DNA of 52,942 nt from a virus (Duplodnaviria > Caudoviricetes): IMG/VR virus record IMGVR_UViG_3300048080_000352, positions 1 to 52,942 of that record, one strand, 5' to 3'. Numbering within the stretch: position 1 is the first letter of the stretch; each line of letters starts with the position of its first letter. Below are positions 17,153 to 25,800 of this stretch, piece after piece. The notes under the pieces are model-generated. The model was not told the origin of the DNA. It did not search any database and saw only the letters and a list, made by a program, of their open reading frames with translations. The position numbers and the translations under genes are program-made.

Positions 17153-19452
17153 GGCGGAGGCGGCGGGGTGCCGACCTGTGCCTCGCCCATCACACTCGGC
17201 TGCAGCGCGTCTCCGTCTTCCTCGGCGCCAATCCCGCTCGCGCGCAGCAGATCCGCCGCCGTCATCCCGGGCACCGGTCGCGTGAGCGCTTGGACGAGCA
17301 TCTGCGTGCCACGAGGGGAGTACGCCGCCCACCGCAGCAGGTCGCTCGCGCGTGGACCGTTCAGCAGTCGGATGATCGACAGCGCGCCCCAAATCTGGAA
17401 CGGGCCGAGACCGACCGCGCGCAGCATATCGGCGCCCGACATCTGGGACGCCCGCTGGGCGAACGGTGCCACCGTCGACGCCTTGAACGCTTCCTCCTCG
17501 GGCGTGACGCGCCGCGCCTGCGCCCGAGCCTGCCGCGTCGCCTGGAGCTCGGCGAGCGAGCGACCGACCAGATCCTCCTTGGCGACGCGTGCCTGCTCGA
17601 TCGTCTCGCGGCCGATATCCTGCGCGGTCCGCACCGCAGTCTTGCCGGCCGCCTTCGTCTGGGCGACCAGCTCGGCACCCTGCTCGACCGCTGCGCGGTA
17701 GGCGGACGCGATCTGCCGCAAGCTCCGGAGCACCTGCTGGCCGGTCTGATCGCCATAGAAGATCCCGGTGAACTCCGGATCGAGTATCGCGATGCGATCC
17801 GCGAGCGTGTCGACGCTGCCCTTGATCACGTGGTCGTGCGTCCACGCCGACCGCACCGCATCCCACGCGGCCTGCCCCTCGGCGGCTCGGCCAGCCTCAG
17901 CGGATTGGGTGACGATCAGATCGCGGAGCATCCGCGCCTTGGTCGGCTCGCTCGATTTGATCAGCCGGACGATCGCCTCGGGCGCCTCGGTCGCGAGCTT
18001 CCGCAGCTGCGGGGCGAGCCCCTTCGTATAGAGGGGCGCGATCGCCGCGTAGGCGGCCGTCGCGGTGTTGTACGGTTCGTGCAACCCGAGGGCCTCGCGC
18101 AGACTGCCGCGCAGGGTCTTGGTGACGTTGGTCACCTTCTTCCGGACCGACTGATCCCACGCGGCGCCGATCGCCTCGTCGAGCTCGCGCTTGAACTGAT
18201 GCGCGGCGTGGAAGGGGACCGAGTCCTCGGCGTTCAGGATCCGATTGAGCACCCCCATCGCCGGATGCTTGAGCACGTCGCGCGCCGCCTCGGCCTGCGC
18301 GCCGGCGAGCGCCTCCTGCAGGGCCTGGGCGTTGGGCCCGCCCGCCGCCGTCATCTGCGCGGCCACCTCCGGTGCGATGCCCGCCTCGGCGAGTGCGGCT
18401 CCCGCCGGATCCTCGACAAGCGCACGGGGGAACGCCGTCTGTGGGGGCGCGATCTCCTCGGAGAGGATCCGCTGCGCCTCCGCCTTGAGCGCGGTGATGT
18501 CGACCGGCGGGCCGGACTTCGCCGCCTCCTCGACCTGCTGACCGACCAGGTCGCGAGCCGTGCGCGCCGGGCCTTCGATCACCGCTTGCGCGCTACGGCC
18601 CGCGGCGGTGGCGGAGGGTGGCTGGCCGACGAGGGCCTCGAAGGGGCGCTCGGCCCCGGCGACACGCTGCGCCACCTGTTCCTGAGCGATCTCGAGCTCT
18701 TGTGAGGCACCGATCTCAACCGCACGGGTACGCCCACGGGCCTCTCCACGCGCCCTACGAATCACGTCGGTCGCCCCCCTCCGCGTCGCTCTGACGGCCT
18801 CCTGCGCGGTCGAGAGGGCAGCTTCGAGCTGCGACTCGATCGCCCGCCGGGAGCGCCCGAGGGCTTCTGTGGCGCCCTTCGCTACACGGCTCGCGATCAC
18901 GCGTCGGCCGACGATCTTGATCGGCCAGAGGAGCGCCTGGCCGGCGACTTCGTAGGCGCCCTGCTGCGCGCCGGCCGTGAGCACGCCGGCGGTCGAGGGG
19001 GGCGCCGTGCCGACCAGCTGCTCGCCGGCTTCTGCGGCCATGCCGCCGCCGAGCGCCCCGAGGACACCGCCGGTCGCGAGGGACAGGCCAGCCGCCGGGA
19101 GGCTCACGGGTGCGGTCGCGACGAGCCCCGCCGTCGCCGCCGCCGCGCCCACCCCGCCGGCGATATTCCTCCGACCCTGACGCGTCCGCGGATCGATCGC
19201 GGCGCCCATCTCCTGCAGAAAGGAGGGCTCCGGCGGCGGCACGGCGACGGGGCCGACCGGCTGCTCGATCAGCTCCCACGGTTTGCGGAGGGGGATCGAC
19301 GTGATGGGCGGGGGAGGCGCTCCAACCGCTCTAGGAGCGAGCGCGAGAGGCTCCCCTGTGTCAGGGTCGACATACTGCCTCGCCTGAACGCCCGCCCGCG
19401 CGGCAGGAGGCTGGACAGGCGCACCGGTCAGCGGATCGACGTACTGCGGCAT
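17149..19452 (-). CDS. Internal virion / DNA ejection protein (putative)
   Basis: 767 aa Ala/Gly-rich helical protein with a hydrophobic Gly-rich segment; last gene of the structural operon. Confidence 0.6.
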   Translation of the reverse strand: MPQYVDPLTGAPVQPPAARAGVQARQYVDPDTGEPLALAPRAVGAPPPPITSIPLRKPWELIEQPVGPVAVPPPEPSFLQEMGAAIDPRTRQGRRNIAGGVGAAAATAGLVATAPVSLPAAGLSLATGGVLGALGGGMAAEAGEQLVGTAPPSTAGVLTAGAQQGAYEVAGQALLWPIKIVGRRVIASRVAKGATEALGRSRRAIESQLEAALSTAQEAVRATRRGATDVIRRARGEARGRTRAVEIGASQELEIAQEQVAQRVAGAERPFEALVGQPPSATAAGRSAQAVIEGPARTARDLVGQQVEEAAKSGPPVDITALKAEAQRILSEEIAPPQTAFPRALVEDPAGAALAEAGIAPEVAAQMTAAGGPNAQALQEALAGAQAEAARDVLKHPAMGVLNRILNAEDSVPFHAAHQFKRELDEAIGAAWDQSVRKKVTNVTKTLRGSLREALGLHEPYNTATAAYAAIAPLYTKGLAPQLRKLATEAPEAIVRLIKSSEPTKARMLRDLIVTQSAEAGRAAEGQAAWDAVRSAWTHDHVIKGSVDTLADRIAILDPEFTGIFYGDQTGQQVLRSLRQIASAYRAAVEQGAELVAQTKAAGKTAVRTAQDIGRETIEQARVAKEDLVGRSLAELQATRQARAQARRVTPEEEAFKASTVAPFAQRASQMSGADMLRAVGLGPFQIWGALSIIRLLNGPRASDLLRWAAYSPRGTQMLVQALTRPVPGMTAADLLRASGIGAEEDGDALQPSVMGEAQVGTPPPPP

Positions 19453-21050
19453 TAGGGGAGGACCAGCCAGCCTGTCCCATCGAAGCGAATGCGACGCCCA
19501 TCCGGCAGGCCCCGTTCATCCCCGACCTGCGGCGTGGTCGCGAGCGGCCCGCTCGGGGGTGGGGCCCCGACCTGCGGCGGCGTGCGGGGGGCGGCGCTGC
19601 GATCCTGGATCTGCTGCGCGGGCGTCCGGATGTCCTGCCCGATCCTCTGCAGCACCTGGTCGACGATCGTGAGCTTGGCGAGCGCCGACTCCTTCGTGTC
19701 GGTGTAGCCCTGCAGATCGGCGAGGGCGGTCCGCGCGCGCTGTGCGTCCTGCTCGGTGAGGCGCCCGGCTTCGGCCGCCAGCACCCGCGCGACATTGCCC
19801 AACGCGAGATTGATCGAAGCCTCGAGCGACATGAACTGCGGATCGCGTGCGGCGCGCTTTCGGCCGAGGACGACGGACGCCTCCACGCCACCGAGGCGGC
19901 TCTGGTCCGGGAACACCTGCTCGACGAGGGACTTGATCGTCGCGATCTGTGGGGCGAGCGCCTGCGCGGCATCCAGGCGCGCGCGCTGTTCAGGCGTGAT
20001 CGGCGTGATCCCGCGCAGGGTGTTGAGCGTCATCGTCGGGTCGAGCCCCTGCGCGGCGCCGGCGGTGATGCCGATCGGCGAGCCAAGCTCGGTCTGAATC
20101 TGCGCGCGTCCAGTACCTGTGCCGCGAGAGAAGGAGAGCGCCTCGGCGCGGCGGATTCGCTCCTGATCGACCGTCGCCATTTCGGTCGGCGTGAGTTGGG
20201 TCGCGCGCTTCCCGAACAGCTCGCGCGCCAGCGATTCACGATCGGCGCCGAGCGAGGTCGAGCCGGTCGTCGTGCGGGGGCGGAAGCCGGGGATCGGCTG
20301 ATCGGTGATCGGATCCGTGTAGCCGCCGGTCACGCGGTCGAAGACGCCGAAGGCCGGCGTCCCGTCAGGCAGCTCGCCGGCGATCGACTGGAAGGGCGAG
20401 GCGCCCACCCCGCGTGCGTAGTTCTGCCGCACCAGCTCGCGCGCCTCGTCATCCGAGTAGCCGGCCGCGATGAGGCCGGCGACTTCGCCCTCGACATCGC
20501 CTTGCGCTTGCGCGCGCCGGGTGAGGCGGGTCTGATCCTCGGGTGTGCGAAAGACCTGCCGTGGTCTCGACACCGTGCGCGTGCCGGTGATCGGGGCAGC
20601 AACGTCGCGAGTGATCGAGGCAGAGGGCATCGGCGTGACCGGCGTCGGCGGCGGTGCCCCAACTTCGGTCGGCGAGGTCGGCGCTTGGGCGAGCGAGGAC
20701 TCCTGCGCGGGGATTGTACCGATGTAGCCGGAGGTCTGCCGGCTCGGGAGTCCGTAGGTCGGCTCCTCTGCCTCGACATCTGGAGAGAGCGCCTGGATCT
20801 GCGACAGGTACGGACTCTGCTCCACCTCGCCCAGCCAGCCACGCAGCCCACCTTTGCGTCGACGAGGCTGCGCCGACTCCAGCAGGCCCGCGATGGCGAG
20901 ATCGCGTGTTTCCTTGTCGGGCGAGTTGATCAGCGTCTCATAGATCCGCGCCTCGCGGGCCTGCGCGAGTCGCGACTCTTCGAGGTTCTGCGCCTCAACC
21001 TCTGACTTGCGCGCGCTGAAGCCGCCGAGGAGTCCGGTCAAATAGGCCAT
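19452..21050 (-). CDS. Internal virion / DNA ejection protein (putative)
   Basis: MAYLTGLLGGF start, G.LTEQD..R motif, terminal FDGTGW. Confidence 0.6.
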   Translation of the reverse strand: MAYLTGLLGGFSARKSEVEAQNLEESRLAQAREARIYETLINSPDKETRDLAIAGLLESAQPRRRKGGLRGWLGEVEQSPYLSQIQALSPDVEAEEPTYGLPSRQTSGYIGTIPAQESSLAQAPTSPTEVGAPPPTPVTPMPSASITRDVAAPITGTRTVSRPRQVFRTPEDQTRLTRRAQAQGDVEGEVAGLIAAGYSDDEARELVRQNYARGVGASPFQSIAGELPDGTPAFGVFDRVTGGYTDPITDQPIPGFRPRTTTGSTSLGADRESLARELFGKRATQLTPTEMATVDQERIRRAEALSFSRGTGTGRAQIQTELGSPIGITAGAAQGLDPTMTLNTLRGITPITPEQRARLDAAQALAPQIATIKSLVEQVFPDQSRLGGVEASVVLGRKRAARDPQFMSLEASINLALGNVARVLAAEAGRLTEQDAQRARTALADLQGYTDTKESALAKLTIVDQVLQRIGQDIRTPAQQIQDRSAAPRTPPQVGAPPPSGPLATTPQVGDERGLPDGRRIRFDGTGWLVLP

Positions 21051-21054
21051 TCGA

Positions 21055-21759
21055 CTACCCTCCTGGCATCCAGCTCGTCCAGTTCGGCGTCGTCTGCCGC
21101 GAGGGTAGCACGCCGCCAGCGCCAGGCTTCTTGCCCTTGCCCTTGAAGCCGGAGAGGAGATCGAAGAGGAAGCCGCCGACGCCCTTCCCGGCCTTCTCGC
21201 CTTCGCCGCGCGCGTACTCGGTGCGCTGCGCGCCCTGCCCGAGCAGGCCACTGTAGATCGATCCCGCCTGCCCCGCCGCGCCGATGCCCTGCTGCGTTTG
21301 CGTCTGCCCAATACCGGTCAGCGCTTCGGCCGCCGCGGGCTGCACGCCCGTGACCAGGCCCGCAATCTTGCCGGCGCGCTCGCGCCCGAGCTCCGCACTC
21401 GCCACGTCCCGCGCGGCGCCGCGCACGCCTGATCGTTCGAGGTTTCGTTCGGCGCCACTGTAGACGTCACGCACCGCTGCGGAGGGGGCCGCCACCGCCT
21501 GCGACTGTAGGGCGCGGTTCCCCCCGAGCAACTTCCCGTAGTACCCCGTCGCGGGGGCCTGGGTCGCCTGCCCCGCGGCGGTGAGTCCAGCCCCGGTGGC
21601 CCCGAGTGTGCCAGCCGCGCCCTGTGCGCCGGTCAGCGCCGCCGCCTCTTCCGGTGATCGCTTTTGCGCCTGTTGCTGCTGCTTCTTGCCGAAGAGGGCG
21701 CCGCCGAGTATGCCGGCGCCTTTCGCGATCCACGGGAGTGCGGGGGCCAAGAAACCCAC
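21055..21759 (-). CDS. DNA pilot / ejection protein (putative)
   Basis: GTG start after GGAGG; Gly/Ala/Gln-rich with N-terminal amphipathic segment. Confidence 0.6.
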   Translation of the reverse strand: MGFLAPALPWIAKGAGILGGALFGKKQQQQAQKRSPEEAAALTGAQGAAGTLGATGAGLTAAGQATQAPATGYYGKLLGGNRALQSQAVAAPSAAVRDVYSGAERNLERSGVRGAARDVASAELGRERAGKIAGLVTGVQPAAAEALTGIGQTQTQQGIGAAGQAGSIYSGLLGQGAQRTEYARGEGEKAGKGVGGFLFDLLSGFKGKGKKPGAGGVLPSRQTTPNWTSWMPGG

Positions 21760-21761
21760 GG

Positions 21762-22166
21762 CTAGACCTCCAAGTCTGCGACGTTCAGGACGTAGAGGCG
21801 ACCCGGCGCGGGCGTGAACCCGAGCCGTTCGACGATCGCCTGTTGCTCCGGCAGCGCATCGCTCACAGTGGCGAAGACGGACTCGATCCCGAGATCGTCG
21901 AGGAGCTGCTTGCTCTCTCGCAGCAGCCCGCGTGCGACAGCGGGGTTGCGGCGATGACTCGGGGCCACGTACCACGGCTCAAGATGCGCACCAGCGAAAA
22001 TGCAGCAGAAGCCGACAATCTCCTCGCCGCGCTCCGAGATGATGATGCGCCACTGCTCGGCCGTCGGCAAGCCCCCGGAGGCAAAGGGCTCGAAGGGGAG
22101 GAGCCGCGGCCACTCCTCCGGCGGCAGGAGGCGCGTGGTCAGGGTCGTGGTGAGACTAGGAGTCAG
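21762..22166 (-). CDS. GNAT-fold acetyltransferase-like virion assembly protein (start uncertain)
   Basis: EIVGF, YVAPSHRR, LGF; position before the ejection genes as in podoviruses. Confidence 0.65.
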   Translation of the reverse strand: MTPSLTTTLTTRLLPPEEWPRLLPFEPFASGGLPTAEQWRIIISERGEEIVGFCCIFAGAHLEPWYVAPSHRRNPAVARGLLRESKQLLDDLGIESVFATVSDALPEQQAIVERLGFTPAPGRLYVLNVADLEV

Positions 22167-22866
22167 GGGTGCCCGCCTCAGCCACCAGCACCGGGAGTGG
22201 GACCTCGTTCCCCGCCACTTGGAGCTGGATCGTATTGTCGTCGAAGGAGACGAAGATATCATAGACGCGGAGCACCGCATCCACTTCGATCGCGAGCTTG
22301 TCGCGGCTGAGGAGCCCCGAGGGATTCCGCTGCTTGCCCACCGTGAAGCCCGCCTGGAGCAGATGCCAGATGATCCGCATCAGGAGTTCCTCGGCATTCA
22401 CCAGGCGGGCGTCGACGGTTGCGGTCGGGTTGCGCAGCGCAATGAACTCGTTGCTCACTCCGCCGAGGATCTGGCCCCCACGCACCGCCGTGAGGAGGCC
22501 GCCAGAGTCGTGGCCGGTTGGCAACCCAGCATCGATGCCCTCTTGGAACTTTCCCTTATCGCCCCCACCAGGAAGTCCTCCGGCTCCAGCGCCGCCGGCC
22601 GTGTCAGCCGCTGCCTGACTCGCGGCCGCCTGTGCGAGGGCGGCGGTGGCGTGACGCGTCGCGGTGGTGATGTTCGTCTCGTTGGTATTGTGGCCGCTGA
22701 CCAGTGAGGTGATCGTCGCTTGGGCGGCGGTGAGCTGCTCTTGCAACGCGAAGATCCGTTCCCAGAGAAGTCGCGTGGACTGCTGCGCGTTGAAATCCGC
22801 AATCTGGTCGACGTGCGGATGCTGGCGTGTGAGGGGAACGACGGCCGTCGAGGTGACTGGGCTCAT
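22156..22866 (-). CDS. Virion protein, coiled-coil N-terminus
   Basis: 236 aa, ATGA-coupled to the tail gene. Confidence 0.55.
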   Translation of the reverse strand: MSPVTSTAVVPLTRQHPHVDQIADFNAQQSTRLLWERIFALQEQLTAAQATITSLVSGHNTNETNITTATRHATAALAQAAASQAAADTAGGAGAGGLPGGGDKGKFQEGIDAGLPTGHDSGGLLTAVRGGQILGGVSNEFIALRNPTATVDARLVNAEELLMRIIWHLLQAGFTVGKQRNPSGLLSRDKLAIEVDAVLRVYDIFVSFDDNTIQLQVAGNEVPLPVLVAEAGTPDS

Positions 22867-25800
22867 GCGTGATCCCCGAGCGATCCCCCAGACCGCTGCG
22901 CCGCGAGGACCGTGTGCACCATCCCACGGGTCGGATCTTCCCCAGAGTTCCCGAACGGTTGCACCCCAATCGGCTCCGCTGCGCCCCAGGGCTGAATCTG
23001 GATCACCGTCTCCTCCCGATAGAGGTAGAACGCTGCCGGCGAGGTGAGGGTGTACTTGATCAGGACGCCTTTCCCGCCGCGCTCCGTCTTGAAACTCTGG
23101 AAGTGCCGGACCTTCACCCCGCCCGTCGACGGGATCTCGTAGGTCTCGGTCACCGTCGTGCCTCGCTGGTTGATCTGCAAGGCGAGGGTGAGCGTGACGA
23201 CCGCCGTCGACTTCAGCGTGAGGTGCCCATAGAGGGGAGCGAACCAGCCAGGGAGGCCGTGATTGGTCTCCTGGGTTTCCCAGCGCGTGAGTTGGAATGG
23301 CTCCTCATCGAAGATCGGTTGCGCGGTGTAGAGCCGTCCGGGGTTGCCGTCGGCCGGGAGCATGCGCCAGACGCGCCCAAGTCGTTGGGTCGCGAGCGCG
23401 AGCTGCACCACCCGTCGGCCATTCGCATTGACCGTCAACGTTTCAGCCTGCGTACCATCCACTTCGACCTGCACCTGCTTATTCTGCCCGAAGGTGTCAC
23501 ATTCGAAGATGATCGCCTTGAGCCACTTGTCCGCCCGCGTGCCGTAGATCGAGAAGTTCTGGTTCCAGTTCGCTTGCTCGCTCGGTTCCGCCTCCGTCTG
23601 CCAATGATGACTGTACAGGTACCCAAGGTTGGCATCGATGGCGCGGAACCGATAGACATGCCCCCAGCCTGGGCCGAACGTCAGGTGCACGATGCGTCGC
23701 CCAGTCGCGCTCACGGAGTACGTCCCGATGAGCGCTTGATCAATATAGACCTCCACGGACTTGACCGCCCCACTCGTATCGACTTCGAGATCAAGCCCAG
23801 TGTAGTAACTATCGCCCAGTAGCTGTTCGTTGCTGTCCCACCGCGCGATCTGCTCAGGCTCGGCGTCGAAGAGCCACTCCCGTGAGTAGAGCCGCCCTGG
23901 GTTGGCATCGGTAGGGAGAAATCTCAGCACGCGCGCACGGATGCGTGGCCAACTGAATTGCAGCGATTGCCGCCCCGTCGCGGTGATGCTCAGCGTGGTA
24001 TGGAGCGCGCCATCGACTTCGACACGGACCGACTTTTCCAGCCCGAAGGTGTCGCACTCGATCAAGATGCCCTTGAGCCATTTGTCGCGAAGTTGCTGCT
24101 CGACTGTAAAATTCTGCTGCCAGTTCGTCTGCTCTCCAGGCTCTGGCTCCGCGAGCCACTTGTGCGTGTAGAGATGGCCCGGATTGGCGTCGGTGGATCG
24201 GAACCGGTAAACGTGCCCACGGCCAGGGCCGAAACTCAGGTGGGCCAGCCGTCGCGTTGTCGTCGTGACCGAGAATGTACCGAGTGACGTGCCGTCGACA
24301 AAGACTTCCAACGTCTTGGCAAGTCCAAGGGTATCGCACTCTACATCCAGTCCGGTGTAGTAGCTATCGCCGAGGTTCTCCTCCAGACTCTCCCACTGCG
24401 CGACTGCCTCCGGTTGCTCATCGAGGAGCCACGCGTGTGAGTACAAGCGCCCAGGGTTGCCATCCGCTGGCAGCAAGCGCAGCACCCGCCCACGCACACG
24501 GGGGAAGCTGAAGTGGAGTGAGGACCGTCCGTTCGCCTGCACGCTGAGCGTGGTGACCAGCACCCCATCGAGTTCGACCCGCACGTTCTTCACGATGTTG
24601 AAGGTGTCGCATTCCAGCAGGACGCCGTGCAGCCACTTATCCTTCTGCGTCCCTTCGACGGTGAAATTCTGGTTCCAGTTCGCCTGTTCGGAAGGTTCGT
24701 CCTGTACTTGCCAGCGGTGTTGGTAGAGCAGTCCTTCGTTGGCGTCGATTGCGAAGCAGCGGAAGACGTGCCCCCGCCCAGGCGTGAAGGTCAGGTGGAC
24801 CACCCGCCGACCAGTCGCGGTGACCGGAAAGGTGGTCAGCCCAGTCCCAGGATTCGTCAGCACCTGCTCGTCGACCGTGACGCGGAGATCCTTCTGGAGC
24901 CCCCCCGTATCGCAGTAGAGATCGAGTCCGGTGTAGTACTGATCCCACGCATTCTCAAAGTGGAGATCCCACTTGCTCGTCCGGGGTGGCTCAGGCTGCC
25001 AGATCCAATCCGCCCGGTAGAGCATCCAGAAGCGGCAGTCGTCATTGGGTCGCACGCGTACCATGTGCGCGGGGACCGCGAGCCAGGAGAAGGCCACCTT
25101 GTGCCGCCCATTGGTAGTCACGGTGAGCGTGTCCACAGTAGATCGGACACCCGCGAAGTCCCGCTCGATGAGAATGGTCCGCGCCACGTTGCCAGTGTCG
25201 ACGTCGAAGGTGATCCCCGTCACCCATTTCTCATCGGGGTGGCCGAGATCGTCCCAGTGCGTGACGCGGTTCGCCGTGATCTCGGGCTGGAGGGTGATCG
25301 CGTAGCCCAGTTGGTAGACGACGGGCGAGATACCAAGGGTCGACCACGCGAGATCGGTCGAGATCGAGTGCGCCTTCTGGGGCGACGCGCCAAACCCGTC
25401 GAGGAGATAGCGCTGGCGACCCGTGCCTTCGGTAATCGTTTGCACGGCATTCGCGACGGTCTCTTCGTTCAAGTAGTTGGTCACCGAGAGAGACACGCCT
25501 CGCCGGATCGCATCCACGATCAGATCCCCGAAGAGTTTCTCCTCCCGCCGCCCCCCCGTGAACGCGCCCGTGCGCGCCTGTGCGGCGATCGCCACCCCGT
25601 CATCGCTGGTTCCGGTATGGGTGTAAGTCGCCCCTCCGCTGGCCGCCCCAATCAGGAGATCGTCCTCGTCCTGTCCCTGGAGTCCCGAGGGCGCGCGGCC
25701 AAAGGCGTAGTGCCGCCAGAACTTGTGCAGAGTCGAGTAGACGAAGGTGTGGCGGCTCCCGTTACTCGCTTGATACTGGAAGTACAGCTTGTTCTCCCAG

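Noticed and set aside
16420-18705. 761-aa + strand ORF
   Set aside because: Arg-rich shadow frame overlapping PolA and the antisense ejection gene; expected at this GC content
22950-25600. CRISPR array or DGR template/variable repeats
   Set aside because: The repeats are in-frame, diverged protein domains; no spacer structure and no reverse transcriptase in the window
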